Positions 38,901-51,100 of a stretch of DNA of 52,197 bases are shown here, piece after piece. How positions within the stretch are numbered: position 1 is the first letter of the stretch; each line of letters starts with the position of its first letter. Origin of the DNA: Rotaria socialis (lineage: Eukaryota); contig CAJNYD010000339.1 in the NCBI GenBank assembly GCA_905331295.1, forward strand, positions 1 to 52,197. Reading direction: 5' to 3'. Under the pieces are notes generated by a model. It did not search any database. It was not told the DNA's origin and was given only the letters and a program-made list of their open reading frames with translations. A program made the position numbers and the translations under genes.

Positions 38901-39889
38901 ATCTGATCTTCAAACGATTGCGTATAACTTGTTGTAAAATTGAGCTCCTCAGCTGTTTTATTGGAATATTTTTGATTACCAGAACCAAATGTAATCAAGA
39001 GAATTGATTGACTGTTAGTACTATCACCGTCTGTGCATAAACCAGTTTTTTCTATAGAAATAAAAAAAGTAAAATCCTCAGAGCTGAGCACAGGTTAAAA
39101 TTCTAGAAAAGCTATGACATACTAGGTGTACACAAGGAACCAATGAATCCTTTTGGGCATTTTTTATAAATGTTTTCACTATATGTTTCGTTGTTCTTGC
39201 AGTCAAGAATTTGTGTAACTAAAGAGACAATATAATCTCTAGATCGATTGTATATTTAAAAAAAAGAAAACTTTATAACCGTATGAATGCGGTAGACAAA
39301 GGGCAATTTTTTTTCAAATTTTTTTGCATGCAAGATTTAAAACAACACACGACTAATACCAATTCCCTTGAATACTCAATGATAATTCATTTTAAATTCA
39401 TCTAGTAAAACAAATTTTGAGTACCATTGTGAGTGAAATTCCAAATTAAAACCCATTTCTACTAGATTGTAGACGCATAAAGAGGCTGACCTGTAATCAT
39501 ACGTATATGCGCGAATGTTTATTCACACATAATCTACGTACCATTCTAAACAATTATCAGCGCTTCATTAAGTACCAATACAACTCAATGAACATTATAA
39601 GCCTTATAAATGGCTTCTTATTTTATCTCATTTTCTCTGATATTTACGAGACTCACTCAGATCTTTAACTTTTCAAAATAAAAGAGATAAATGATTTATA
39701 ATAACAATCTAATATGAGATTTGTATTTGAATATGCAATACAATTAAATGAAAAATAGAACTTATTGAGATCACAAAATCATAATCGACCACGAGATTAG
39801 AGATGTTTTTTTTTGAAGCACTTACCTGATATTCCAGTGATAATCAGAACAAACAATAATGATGCCAACAAAATATAATTCGATGGCAT
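29959..39889 (-). CDS. Type I membrane protein: signal peptide, EGF-like, beta-sandwich, NHL propeller, mucin stalk, 3 EGF, TM, short tail (~1392 aa model)
   Basis: Exons 39889-39826, 39218-39123, 39051-38416, 35112-34261, 33486-31618, 30679-30443 and 30383-29959. All junctions are GT-AG phase 1; total 4179 nt without stops. The join across the 3.3-kb intron (38415-35113) is the least certain. Confidence 0.72.
31618..33486 (-). repeat. Thr-rich mucin exon with degenerate TTTETTSTTT repeats
   Basis: 1869-nt open exon, with densest (gtt/gta)n and gtggttgagg repeats at ~32790-33190. Confidence 0.9.
37340..38343 (+). mobile_element. Non-autonomous hAT element
   Basis: TIR cataggcggcgga / tccgtcgcctatg, perfect 8-bp TSD CACGGTGT (37332-39, 38344-51), remnant hAT dimerisation motif YLRSTMT..QERFNHVLIPHVHKE..FIAKNQSRKAFFG. 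Confidence 0.92.
37636..37929. mobile_element. hAT-type MITE nested inside the hAT element
   Basis: TIR cagggttgtcga / tcggcaaacctg, degenerate 8-bp TSD acaatgac/gcaatgat. Removing it restores STMTQERFNH. Confidence 0.8.
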
Positions 39890-41927
39890 CTCTTTTACTA
39901 TTGTAATTAACAGTTTGTCAATTGATGTCAATATTCGAAAGAAGAAACCATATGATTATTTCCATCTTCAATAAATTAGTATTCTACTAGTTGCGAGAAA
40001 TAAAAAAATGAAGGTATAAATGAATTCTTCCTAATATTTTCTTTTTTCTTTCTTGTCTCAGCACCGTTTTCACTCATTGCATTCTCTTCTCTCCCCACGA
40101 GCATTTTTTAATTGATATAATATACTATATAAATGAAGAAACAGTTGAAAACGATCTTCTTTGAAATTTAAAACTCTTTTCATCTCGTGAGATTTCAAAA
40201 ATCATGATCATCTAACAACACCATAAGTCCACTAATGATGAAATAAAAGCATGAATGTGAACTAATTTCAAAACCTAGGTTTTTTCCATTATTACAAATT
40301 ATATGTCTCCATTGGTTTCGAATGTGACGTTAATTGTTATGCTTATCATACCCTTTAGATCAGGAAAACCTTTAATCGATAGTTCTTTTTTAATGATTTA
40401 CTTTTCCGATATCAAACAAAGATCAAATCTTTACTATATTTCCTCACAGCGAGACTTCTTAGATGACTTTGTAAATGCATGATCTAGAAGAAGTATTGAA
40501 GTCGATGGAGTGAAAAATCTGTATTCTGTCTTATTCGCTATAGACCATGAGAGATGATGTTTATATAGATGTGTAGATTGTATATGGAGTGTGATCCGCT
40601 AAAACTGTCGATTCAATTGCGATACAACATTTAATTGATCTTGCCGTAAGTTGGATTCAATAGCACAATCTCATTCTTGAAAAGAAAAACTAATAGTCTG
40701 TTATAGAACAAACATGAATCACCAACGAATCAATCCATATCGATTAATTAGCAACTTAAATTAAGTTTTGGTACTTTTAATAATAGTTTTAAAATATATT
40801 TCTATCATTCAGTCGTTGACACGATAAAGCAAATTTCCTCGTGTTTATATCTATATTCTTTGTAATAAAGAAGTCTATATGTAACAATACCAATCGGACG
40901 TGATTTTTGAAAAGTCATTGAAAACAAAATATTAGTTACAAATGTCAACATTATATTGGCACCAATGATAATTGCACGCATCAGTTTTTTGTATCAACAT
41001 TTACTCTCATACATATACTTTCTATTCTATCATTTATTATTGTTTGAGTCCCAAGCTTCTCTTGCTCATAAGCGCGTGATGTTCTTAGTTAACTACAAAT
41101 AGATCTTTATCGAAATATAGACGATGAGAGATTGCTTTGAAAACTAGCAACTGGCTTTTTATGAAATTCTTTATTGGTATTTTGTTTAATGTAGGAATAT
41201 GTTTATCATCCGCTCCTTATGTAAAAAAATAATGCAGCGGTGAGAATAGCAAACATTGAGATCAAGAGGTAACAATGATACAGTATCTACTCGGCTGAAT
41301 CAATATATTATTTGATCGACTCTCTTGACATTCTTGATCTGTTTTCACGATAAAATTGTTGTCTCAACTGGATTATTTCATACTGTCTGATGTTAAAGTT
41401 CAAATGATTCTGTTCAATTTCCTGTTTAATGCAACTATTGCATATAAAGTGCAGATGTGTTGATTACAGCCGTTACAGCAAGAATACTGAATTTATCGAT
41501 CAATATTTTTTTTCTCTTCAAAACAAGAATTTCCAAAATCAAAAGTTAAAATATAAAAACCATTGTACTATAATTCTCTCACTCTGAAAAGTAACAACAT
41601 CTCTTCGCTTGAACTTGTAACTAGATGAAAGATCGTATGATAAGGTGACTCGAACTAAACGAATTAGAACTAACTATGCGACATAAATCCAATTGGAATT
41701 TGTTCGAAATAATTGATTACGAAAACGTTCTCGCGTATAAGATTTGACCGTATTTTATTCGCGAAATTTAATAACTACCGCGCATTCATAGTTGCAGACA
41801 AAATTTTATGGAAATGAAAGACAACAGCTTGTTTGTTTTTATGAGTTTTGATTATTACAAAGCATAAATTAAAACTTATCAATGTATAATTATCATCGAT
41901 AGTTATGTCTTCGATTGACGATATCAT

Positions 41928-42649
41928 TTATCTAGTTGCTGATGCTGGCGCATCGGTATAAACCAACCGTTGTGTTGTACGAGATTGTCATTTTTCTCCT
42001 TGGATTCTTTCCAAATCGTCACGTGCTGCATCAATACCAAAACAATATTTCAAAATGTCCATGATCACTATAAACAGCGACACTTATCATAGCAATAATA
42101 GCAATATAAGCAAATGATTTTGAAACAATTTTGAAAATAGTAGTTTTCATCGAAGTGATTTCACAATGACGACCAGAATAACTATCATCAAGATATTCAC
42201 ATGTATAATTCAATACTATTGATGGGCAAACACCATCATTTTCGCATGCAGTATGGTTGCAAGTATCTATCCTTGATTGACAGTGAATTCCAGTTCAACC
42301 ATCATGACACAAGCAGAAAAATGATAAATCAGGTGTTTCGTGACATTCTCCTAAAACGAAATAAAAGCTATTCTTTGGTTGATAATGGATTACGAAGATG
42401 TGTAATTACCATGACCCAGACAAGTTTGCGGTTTGCAAGGTCGATGATTGAATACACAATGAGTCCCATTGAAACCACGTGAACATAAACCATTATAATC
42501 ATTGATATCATTCTAATCTACTATACATGACCCATCATTTCCGCAAGGTTTTTTCAAGTCACATAAACTATTAGAAATATTGCAATCGATGCCAGTCGCT
42601 GATGCATTTTCACAAGAAGCTGGTTTAATTAATAGCAGTGATGATGATC
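41928..42649 (-). pseudogene. Decayed paralog of the EGF-EGF-EGF-TM cassette
   Basis: Aligns with 29959-30679 including the intron. In-frame TAG (42513-15), TGG>TGA, Cys losses and a frameshift in the TM segment. Confidence 0.88.
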
Positions 42650-43394
42650 CTAGAATTGATAGAACAATCCAACTAAATAATAGAAACACGACAAAAATAA
42701 ACAAATTTGTTCCTGTTTCAATCACATAGGAAAAACAACCAACTTATCAGGGTAACATCTGTGAACCTAAAACGTGAAGGTCCCACATATTCTGTAGCTT
42801 TATTATACTAATAGAAAATGCGATAAGTAAACAACATCTAGCAGACTACTTTTGTTATTCAAGTAGAATCCATCATCTGAGGAACATGTTTATTTGCTTG
42901 TGAATGTTAAAACGATGGCTTCTTTGCGCTTTATTTCTCGGTAGTCTCTTTACTATTTGTTCATTTTCTTAAATAGATAGCATTGCTAGTCGAGCGATCG
43001 ATTTTAAATGTTTGTGATATTTAAGGCAGCAAGTTTCAAACAATGGTTTTGATTATTTCGCAACTTTCTGATTTAATAAGTCGACACTATTTTCGTTTAT
43101 AATATGATTACTGTGACAAGTTGAATGAGAAAATTTATCTATGTAAAATCAGAAGGTGAAATCCCAAGGCGTATTCTCTCGTAGTATTGGAATCACACGG
43201 CGCTCTGGCAACGCTATACTAAATGCCCATTTTACTTCCTTGTATTGGAACTCTCTATAAATGCATTCTTCTTCAAGTCAGTTTAAAAAAAGAGCACTCA
43301 AGCGCCTTTGAAAATGAACAATAGAAAAACAAAATGAACTACAATTGAACTCTCCAATGTATTGTTTGATGCAGATTAAAAGAAATCGCCATAT

Positions 43395-43641
43395 AATATT
43401 GAGCTGGACCATTTCCAAATGTAAGTGTCAATAGTGATTTTCTATTGGTTATATCGTTGAAAGAGCGCAGTTCGCCTGATTCTTTAAAAATCAAAACGAT
43501 CATATGAAATAAAATTAATGACAAAGAAAATTGTTGACATACGATTGTCACACATCGAATCAGTGGAATTGTTTTGGCATGAACAATGGTTTTCTTTTGG
43601 CTTATTCATAGCTTCATTCTTGCAAACATTAATAACTTCAA
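43395..43641 (-). pseudogene. Truncated paralog of the EGF-like exon plus the start of the beta-sandwich exon
   Basis: Exon 43641-43543 (VINVCKNE..CSCQNNSTDSMC) and an exon from 43481 (SGEL..LLTLTFGNGPAQY) match 39218-39123 and KTGLC..LLITFGSGNQKY; similarity then ends. Confidence 0.65.
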
Positions 43642-43669
43642 CTTAAAAGAAGACAACGAGTTTATATCT

Positions 43670-43735
43670 TGAGGGTGGGGGTGTGGGTTAGAAGAAGACA
43701 TCCTTATCTACATCGATACCCACACCCACACCCCC
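43670..43735. repeat. Short hairpin with TGTGGG/CCCACA arms
   Basis: tgagggtgggggtgtgggt ... acccacacccacaccccc. Confidence 0.7.
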
Positions 43736-45827
43736 GGTTTTATTCAGAGAAATCATTAAAAATTAGAATAGAGAAAGAGGAAAATTCATTCGATTGCAAT
43801 GTCCTGATTAATATTGGTTTTATGTATCTGGTAGCGGATCGTAGCATCATGATGTTCAAGATGAGATGGCATGAGTGACAACATTTCATGATCGAATTTC
43901 AGAATAGTACTACATTGAAAAAAACTAATATGATCAATTCAATTACAATGATGTTAATAAGGCTTACTTTGATTTACTCAAATTCATACCATTAACGATA
44001 TCTTCACCCGGGTAAACAGAAGGACAACTATTCTGAGTGTGGGCAAACAGATCATTAAAGAGAAGCACTGGATTAGGTGCATGCGAGTAACCACTAGCGA
44101 AAGTGGACAAATGAGTAGAAAAACATTGCGTCTGATAATAATCAGTCATTGATCCAACCTGCATTCGATAGATTGAAGTCGATAATGATAAAGAAAATAG
44201 CATGCTTACTAGTAATCCATCAGATTGCCAATTATTATTTGAGTCAAGATAGTAACATGCAGAAGTAAAAGTTCGAAGTTCGTAGTCCGACGAGAAGTTG
44301 AATGGTTGATCGGTGATGGGTGGAGTCGATGATTTATTCGAACAGATTTCGGTAGTGTTGAGTTCACGAAAACCAATAATAACAAATCGATGTTTAGCAG
44401 TACGATTATTACTTATGAAGTATTTATGGATACCATCATCAGATATGTCTAAAATTTGAATATGAGCCAGGAAAAAAGAAAAGAGCAAGACTCACTTGAA
44501 GAGCACAATAGAGACCAATCGTCAATGTTATTAATCAGCGTGTTCAATTGAGGTTGACCATCCAATCTGAAGATCATCAAATAGTTTAGACTTCTATTAC
44601 GAGGACGCATTTCGATGTGAAGAGAAACAGTCAAGTTTACATTTGATTGTGTAATATTGATCAAATGAAAGTAGAACTGATGCTTAGCGTCATGTATCAA
44701 TGTGACATTATACAAAGCCATAGAGGGTATTATCAAGTTAGGATCTCGAGGAATAAAGAATTCAATTGGCTGTTCATTATCGGTATGAATAGAGATCTCC
44801 TTGCCGTGAGAATCGAGTATTGAAAGTGAAATCATTGTCGACAGACTGGTATTTACTTGACCTGGAGTAACACTGGCTACCGCAAGTGGTTGTATCATCG
44901 ACTAGAAGATTTTTTATTAGATATAAATGAACAGAAAATAACTTACCCACACTGATACTGTATCACTTTGCGTTAGGTTGGAACTTAATGGAATATGAAT
45001 CTGAGCACTACCAAGTGGGCTGATTCGTTTATTTGATAGAGAAGAGACGAGTGTTTTTTCTAACGAAGTGAATACTGACGTTGTATTTACAGTCGTATTC
45101 TGGCCGACAGTCAAATGAACGTTGAATGCAACTGCGATTGCTGCTAGGGTTTCGGCCACTTGCTTCGCTATTATATTTGCCTATTTGATCAAAAGAATAA
45201 GCACGATCATATTAGTGATATTGAAGTAATGTTACCGTTCGTTTCTGATGATAGAAATTTCTCTCATATGATGGTTCATTCTCTTTCATAAAAATACCTA
45301 CGATAAGATCAAAATAACAGAGGTTATAGAGAGAAACGCATTAATGAAATCGATACCATTCAAATTCAAATTCAAGTACATGTCATCATCATAATCGTTC
45401 GCGGTGGCACTTGAACGATTTAAATCGAGTTCAAGTATCGCCCCCCGTTGCTGGAGAGGCGCATTGACAGCCTTTTAAAATGAATCGATCAAAGGTATGA
45501 GAACAAACCTAAAGCAGTTATCTTACACTTAGAACATTCGTAGCACATTGGATCAGATGATTACCAATATTTTCCACGTCATTAGAACTTACCAGCCTAG
45601 CCATTGATTTTAAAGTAAATGCCATGTCACGACATTTGCTAGATGCAAGCATCTAAAACAGTTTATCTACTTTGAAGACAATTAGAGAACCTCAGATCTT
45701 ACAGAGGTATCTCGTGTTAGTTCATTGATTGCGTGAGTGAGAAGGGCGATAGATGATGCTTGCAGAAGAATGTTGTTCCATGTAGTTGTTGTTAAATCGT
45801 TCATACTCTTCATGAGATATTCACGAA

Positions 45828-45828
45828 N
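45828..45828. other. Ambiguous base N, probable assembly join
   Basis: 'tcacgaantt'; REJ/GAIN homology appears to jump across this point. Confidence 0.7.
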
Positions 45829-47922
45829 TTCTAGTCGGTATCACAGACACAGCTGGTAAGTTAGCCTCGGTCATAGAATTGAATTGATCTCGAATTTGAA
45901 CAATCACATTCACTAATGATGCATTACCATAACCGACGGGCAATCGAAGTTCGAATACTGACCTTATTGTGGAACCAAGTATGACACGTTGCTCAACATG
46001 TGTTGTCCAGGCTAAAACCATCAAAGATAGGAATCATCGTATTTGAATACGTACTATAGATGACCTCTAGCATCGGCAGTTAGAAAAATTACGAAGTCAT
46101 ACGTACCGTAGAATGAGTAGTCTTTGATACCATCTTGATCTGTCCAGTCTTTGCATATTACGGTAAATTTAGTTGTTATTGTACCGTTCGATGGAGTAAT
46201 TGAACAGACCCCAGATTTAGGTGGTTGATTGATTTCAAAGTGAAGTGCACTCGAACTTTTCTCCGTCATAGACATATACACAACTTCGAAACGCCAAAAG
46301 TTTATGTTACGATATGTTAGGAACAATTGGTTAGTAGCTGTAAAATGCCTTCTATTTGCACCTGAAAGAATAAACGAATGTAATATTATTGATAAGATTG
46401 GCATACTCACCAAAGAACCAAATGCCACGATAGTCATTCATCTCTGTGAACAAACTCCATTTTTGTGTGTCCGATGATGAATTCATCATTCCAAGATAGA
46501 TGTTCCATGTAATATTATTTAGCAATCCTGTTTGGTTCATCAGAGATGAGAAGAGAGCTAGTTGTGTACTTAGATTTATGTATTGGAATTCACCCTTGCG
46601 TGGACACATTGTCGTGAGGTCACATCCAACTGCAATCATTTGAGAACGAGCATTTTCTACTTTCACAAGAAGATAACCGCTAATTTGCAAATAGGGATTT
46701 GCACGGTGAGTCATATTCACCATGAACTGATATGTTCGATTGGCTACTAGTGAATTAGCCATAATGGTCACTGATGATCTCGATTCAGTTGAACTGAATT
46801 GATCCGTGAAGCACGAGCAGTTGGGAGAACTGATCTCATCATTATCGTTCATCAACACAGATGATCCAGCGATCACTGACACACCATGGATTCGACAGTA
46901 ATACGTATAATTCCATTTCTATTAATACAATTGTGATTCTTACATATATATGCTTGCACTCAATTTGCGCTGCAAAAGTGTCTATTGCTAGACCATGATT
47001 GATTTCATTCTACTTGCGAGCAAAGCTCAAAGAATACAAGTCATGAATATACCATTCATGTAGACTCCTATGAATAATTAGTTGTTTTTGTAGAAAATCA
47101 TCCAGTGACTCTGAATCGAAATTCTCGAGTGCTCTCTCTCATAATTTGCATTGACTCAAAATTAGGTAAACATGCTATATTCCGATTGGATCCTGATTAA
47201 TTTTTGTTGGTACTATATTTAAATTATAAATCAAATTAATTTTCCTAACCTCCATCCATATCGAGAAAACTAAAATATATTTTATGGATGTATTTCGTAG
47301 TCTGTTTCCGTGAAAGCAGAGTCAGATTATTGACAGAATTCAAGTAAAAAAATGTTATTTACACGGACTTACGGTTGAATTAAATTCCTTTTCATCGGGA
47401 TCCTCAGAGAATCTGCCTGGATCAAGTGTAAGATATTGTTGGGGATCGTGTGTAATCATTGATGTTCCATTCGAAACAAGATTAGCCATAATACCAGTCG
47501 GAATGATCTCAATGTATTCTACTGCTGATGCAGTCACAATATGAATGTTGACTGACGATACCGTCAATTTTACTTCATAAATACCATATTCCAGCTTTTT
47601 TGCTGGAATGTGAATTTCACTGAATGTAGTAATAATAGGATGATTTAGTGATATTGAAGAGGAGCAGTTTGTAATGCAATTGGTGATCGTCCACTGAGAA
47701 ACTACTTCAATTGAGTTCATACAGAAAAGTTCAATATAGGCACTGATATAGAATTCATCATTTCGGCGAACTTTGGTAGGATTTCCAAAAGAATTTGATT
47801 CCATAGCAAGTCTGACGCTAGGAGGCGAGCAGCCTGCAAAAATGCTTAGACAGTAAATATGAATGCTCATTTTCTCTTCAGCAATAAACTTTTACGATAG
47901 GTGCCAAAGATTAAGAAGTAGG

Positions 47923-48134
47923 AATTCCCTTACCGTGTCCTAAATGCTAAACTTAAAAAATATGAATAGGTACAGTAATTTTCACTCTCATATTTCTTTT
48001 AATAAAGAACCTTATGAAAATAAATATATAAATATGAACACTGTTACAGAAAATGCTTCGTAATTTCGGTTGACGGTGTCTAATAATGATTCAAACGAGT
48101 GTTATTTTAGCATTTAGGAAATTGTAGGGGAATT
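47923..48134. mobile_element. Degenerate intronic MITE
   Basis: aattcccttaccgtgtcctaaatgctaaa is inverted at tttagcatttaggaaattgtaggggaatt; AATT on both sides. Confidence 0.5.
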
Positions 48135-51100
48135 TAATTCCTGTGTCGCAGTTCTTCGAAGTCTCTCCTTATTTGTAACGATTGAAATTATTTGAGAATG
48201 GCAACCAGAATAACTTTTAACAAGACTCACATGTGTAATTTGATAATGAAGATCGACAAGTACCATTATTCAAGCATGTGAAATTGCCACAGAAGTTTAT
48301 CATTGATTCACAGTGAACACCTGTCCAGCCATCATGACACAAGCAGAAAAATGATAAATTAGGCGTTTCGTGGCATTCCCCTAAAATGAAATAAAAGCTA
48401 CTCCTCGGTTGAGAGTGAATAACGAAGATGTGTAATTACCGTGACTCAAACAAGTTTGTGGTTGACAAGTTCGATGATCAAATTCACAATGAGTACCGTT
48501 AAAACCAGGTGAACATAAGCAGACGTAGCAATCATTGTCAGTTTGAGTATTTATACATGTTCCGTTGTTTTGACACGGCCTAAGCAAGTCGCATGAACTA
48601 TTCGAAGTGTTGCAAGTGATACTAGTGACTGTTGAATCTGAAAAATTGCTTTGTTTAAAAAATATTGATGCTTTCTTTCTTGAAGAGGACAGGAAACAAG
48701 AATGAAATGAAAGAAAGACTTAGTATAAACTGACTAACTGATATTTCATGGAAATCTATTACAGTGTAGGATTTCAAAGTGAGCACAAAAGAATAAAGAA
48801 CATGCGCATTATTTTAGTTTTCAGTTGAAATAATTAGTTTATTTGTGACTCTGCTCGTTATTTATATGAAATGACAGATAGTGTTAATTCTGAATTTATT
48901 AACTCTTATTGTTCAACTGATTTCATCTAAACCCTCTCAGATTCTATTGGAATTTATATTGGTAATTTCATTTATTAACAAATTAACATTGCAAACATAA
49001 GATTCGTACATTATTCGAGAATAAACTTGTTCCGACTGAATTCGCTCTAAAACTTTTATGAATCGCACGGCAAAGAAAAAGTGCGTCCGTTTCAGCTAAA
49101 ATAATTATGAATCAAGAAAGAATTTTTGTGCAAAGTTTGTTTTGTAATCAAAAGAATCGGCGCCCAAGTTATCACAAATCTTCTTCGTGGGTCTTTGAAA
49201 AATAGTAAAACAAGACAAAAATTTCACTTGAGGTATTTATTATTGTTCTCTAAAGTATACTAACGTAAGCACTACTGTAACAAGCCGATATAACGGCACG
49301 ACTTTTAAGTTCATTTTCACTTTTAAAAATCAGTCAATAAAGGGGTCATTCAACTTCTTCACTTACTAATTTTGTGAAACACGATCTGAAAAGAGTTTTG
49401 AAGTATACAGGGTGGAAATTTGGACTCCTCCCCACAGGTCGTTGCAGAGAAGTTAATTAATTATTTTCTCTGTACCAGTCTGTGATAATTTCTAGAGGCT
49501 CCATACATCATAACACAGATCGTAACAAAGAAGCTCCACAGATCATCACTGACCGCGATACACGGATTCTGCTAACAGCTGCTATATTAATTTTAATGAA
49601 TAATTTTACTCAAGACTGAGTTATCGAATTGAGGATAGTAAAATCAAAAATAAGATAAGAAACAAATTTCGTGAGTTTTCTATAGCACGATCCCTATTTC
49701 ATTTCTAGTAAAATTCGAATTCGTACAGTGAAAATTCAAGGAAACAATGAGTAGGAATCAAAACTTTGAATATATCTTCAAATTAAGGACAGATCTTTCT
49801 GGAATGAAAATCTCCGTTTGATGTCATGCTTACTAAAAAATTGGACTCAAGAAGACTAGAGAACAGTATCTAAACTAGCGAGAAAACTTGGTCCTCTGAA
49901 GCCGTATACTATGACTGTACTTTTTGACAAATTTTACGTTAATTTAATGGAAAAAAATCCAACTCATCAATGTTCAGATAGTAAATTTCTGAAAAAAATA
50001 GTATTTTGACAGTGAGTTATCAGAACAGACAATTCAAGAGCCTCACAGAAAAGAATATTCTTTTTCTGTAATATTTCTACAATGTATCGATCTGGTCATT
50101 TAACTCATCTAAAGTTGAAAGTTGAATTTAAATTACGGTTATCTATTCTGTCAACAGAAATCATCAAAATGGTTGAGGTTTCTATTAAAAAAAATAGATG
50201 CTTTTAAGGATATGAATGCTAGTTTCTAGTTAACTCATAGCCACACAGACCCTAGCTCATTAGAGACATCAACTCTTTTCTACATTTGTTCAACAAATAA
50301 TCAAAGACACAACATTTTAGCGGATTACAATTTTGTATCTTTCAATAGAAAACGGTCATGAGAAAAATAAAATTTAACAATTTTTTCTACAATGCTCATC
50401 TCTTTGAGAAGTATTGGGCGAAATAGTTGATGATGTTGAAGTTGTAGTAGTAGTAGTAGTAGTAGTTGTTGTTGTTGTTGAATCTTATATAGAAAAAATA
50501 TTTGCAATACTTATATTCGAATCGTTGGTGATTGTCTTTACTACTAAGTATTTAGATGAGATCAAATAGATCCTAGCCTAGACATTATTACAGATCGATA
50601 TAAATCATCCTCGACGAGATGACACTAACAGCATCGCCCTGGTTTCTATTGATGTTCCATAATTTTCAATATTTCTAACTGTTAGTCTAGATTTCACATT
50701 ATTTACTAGCCATTTTGATGGTTTTGCGGGATTCAAAGTGAACCGAAATAAAGTAACTTTGATATTCTTTTTATGGAAGCGGTACAGCAATAGATTTCAT
50801 CAATTTCTGGTTATTGACTTCCTTGAAAACATGCATCTTACTCTAATCAAATCATATATTGGAAATCAAAGTCCCTGCAGGAATCCTAATCTGGATTTGG
50901 ATAATTGAATCAGGCAATGCTTTTCTCTACACTAATATAAATTTACGATCCATATAGTTAAGAAACGGATCGTGATAATGTCTTGAGGGGCACATATGCT
51001 ACAATAAGATTGTTTTAACACAATATTTTCAATTGGAATTACCACAGAAATTCGTTGCTAAAGTAAACTTTTGTATTCGATGATTATATTCATCAGCAAC

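Noticed and set aside
50325..50507. Poly-Q/poly-L ORF
   Set aside because: Wrong frame of a Thr-rich linker exon (acceptor at 50484-85, reads DSTTTT...).
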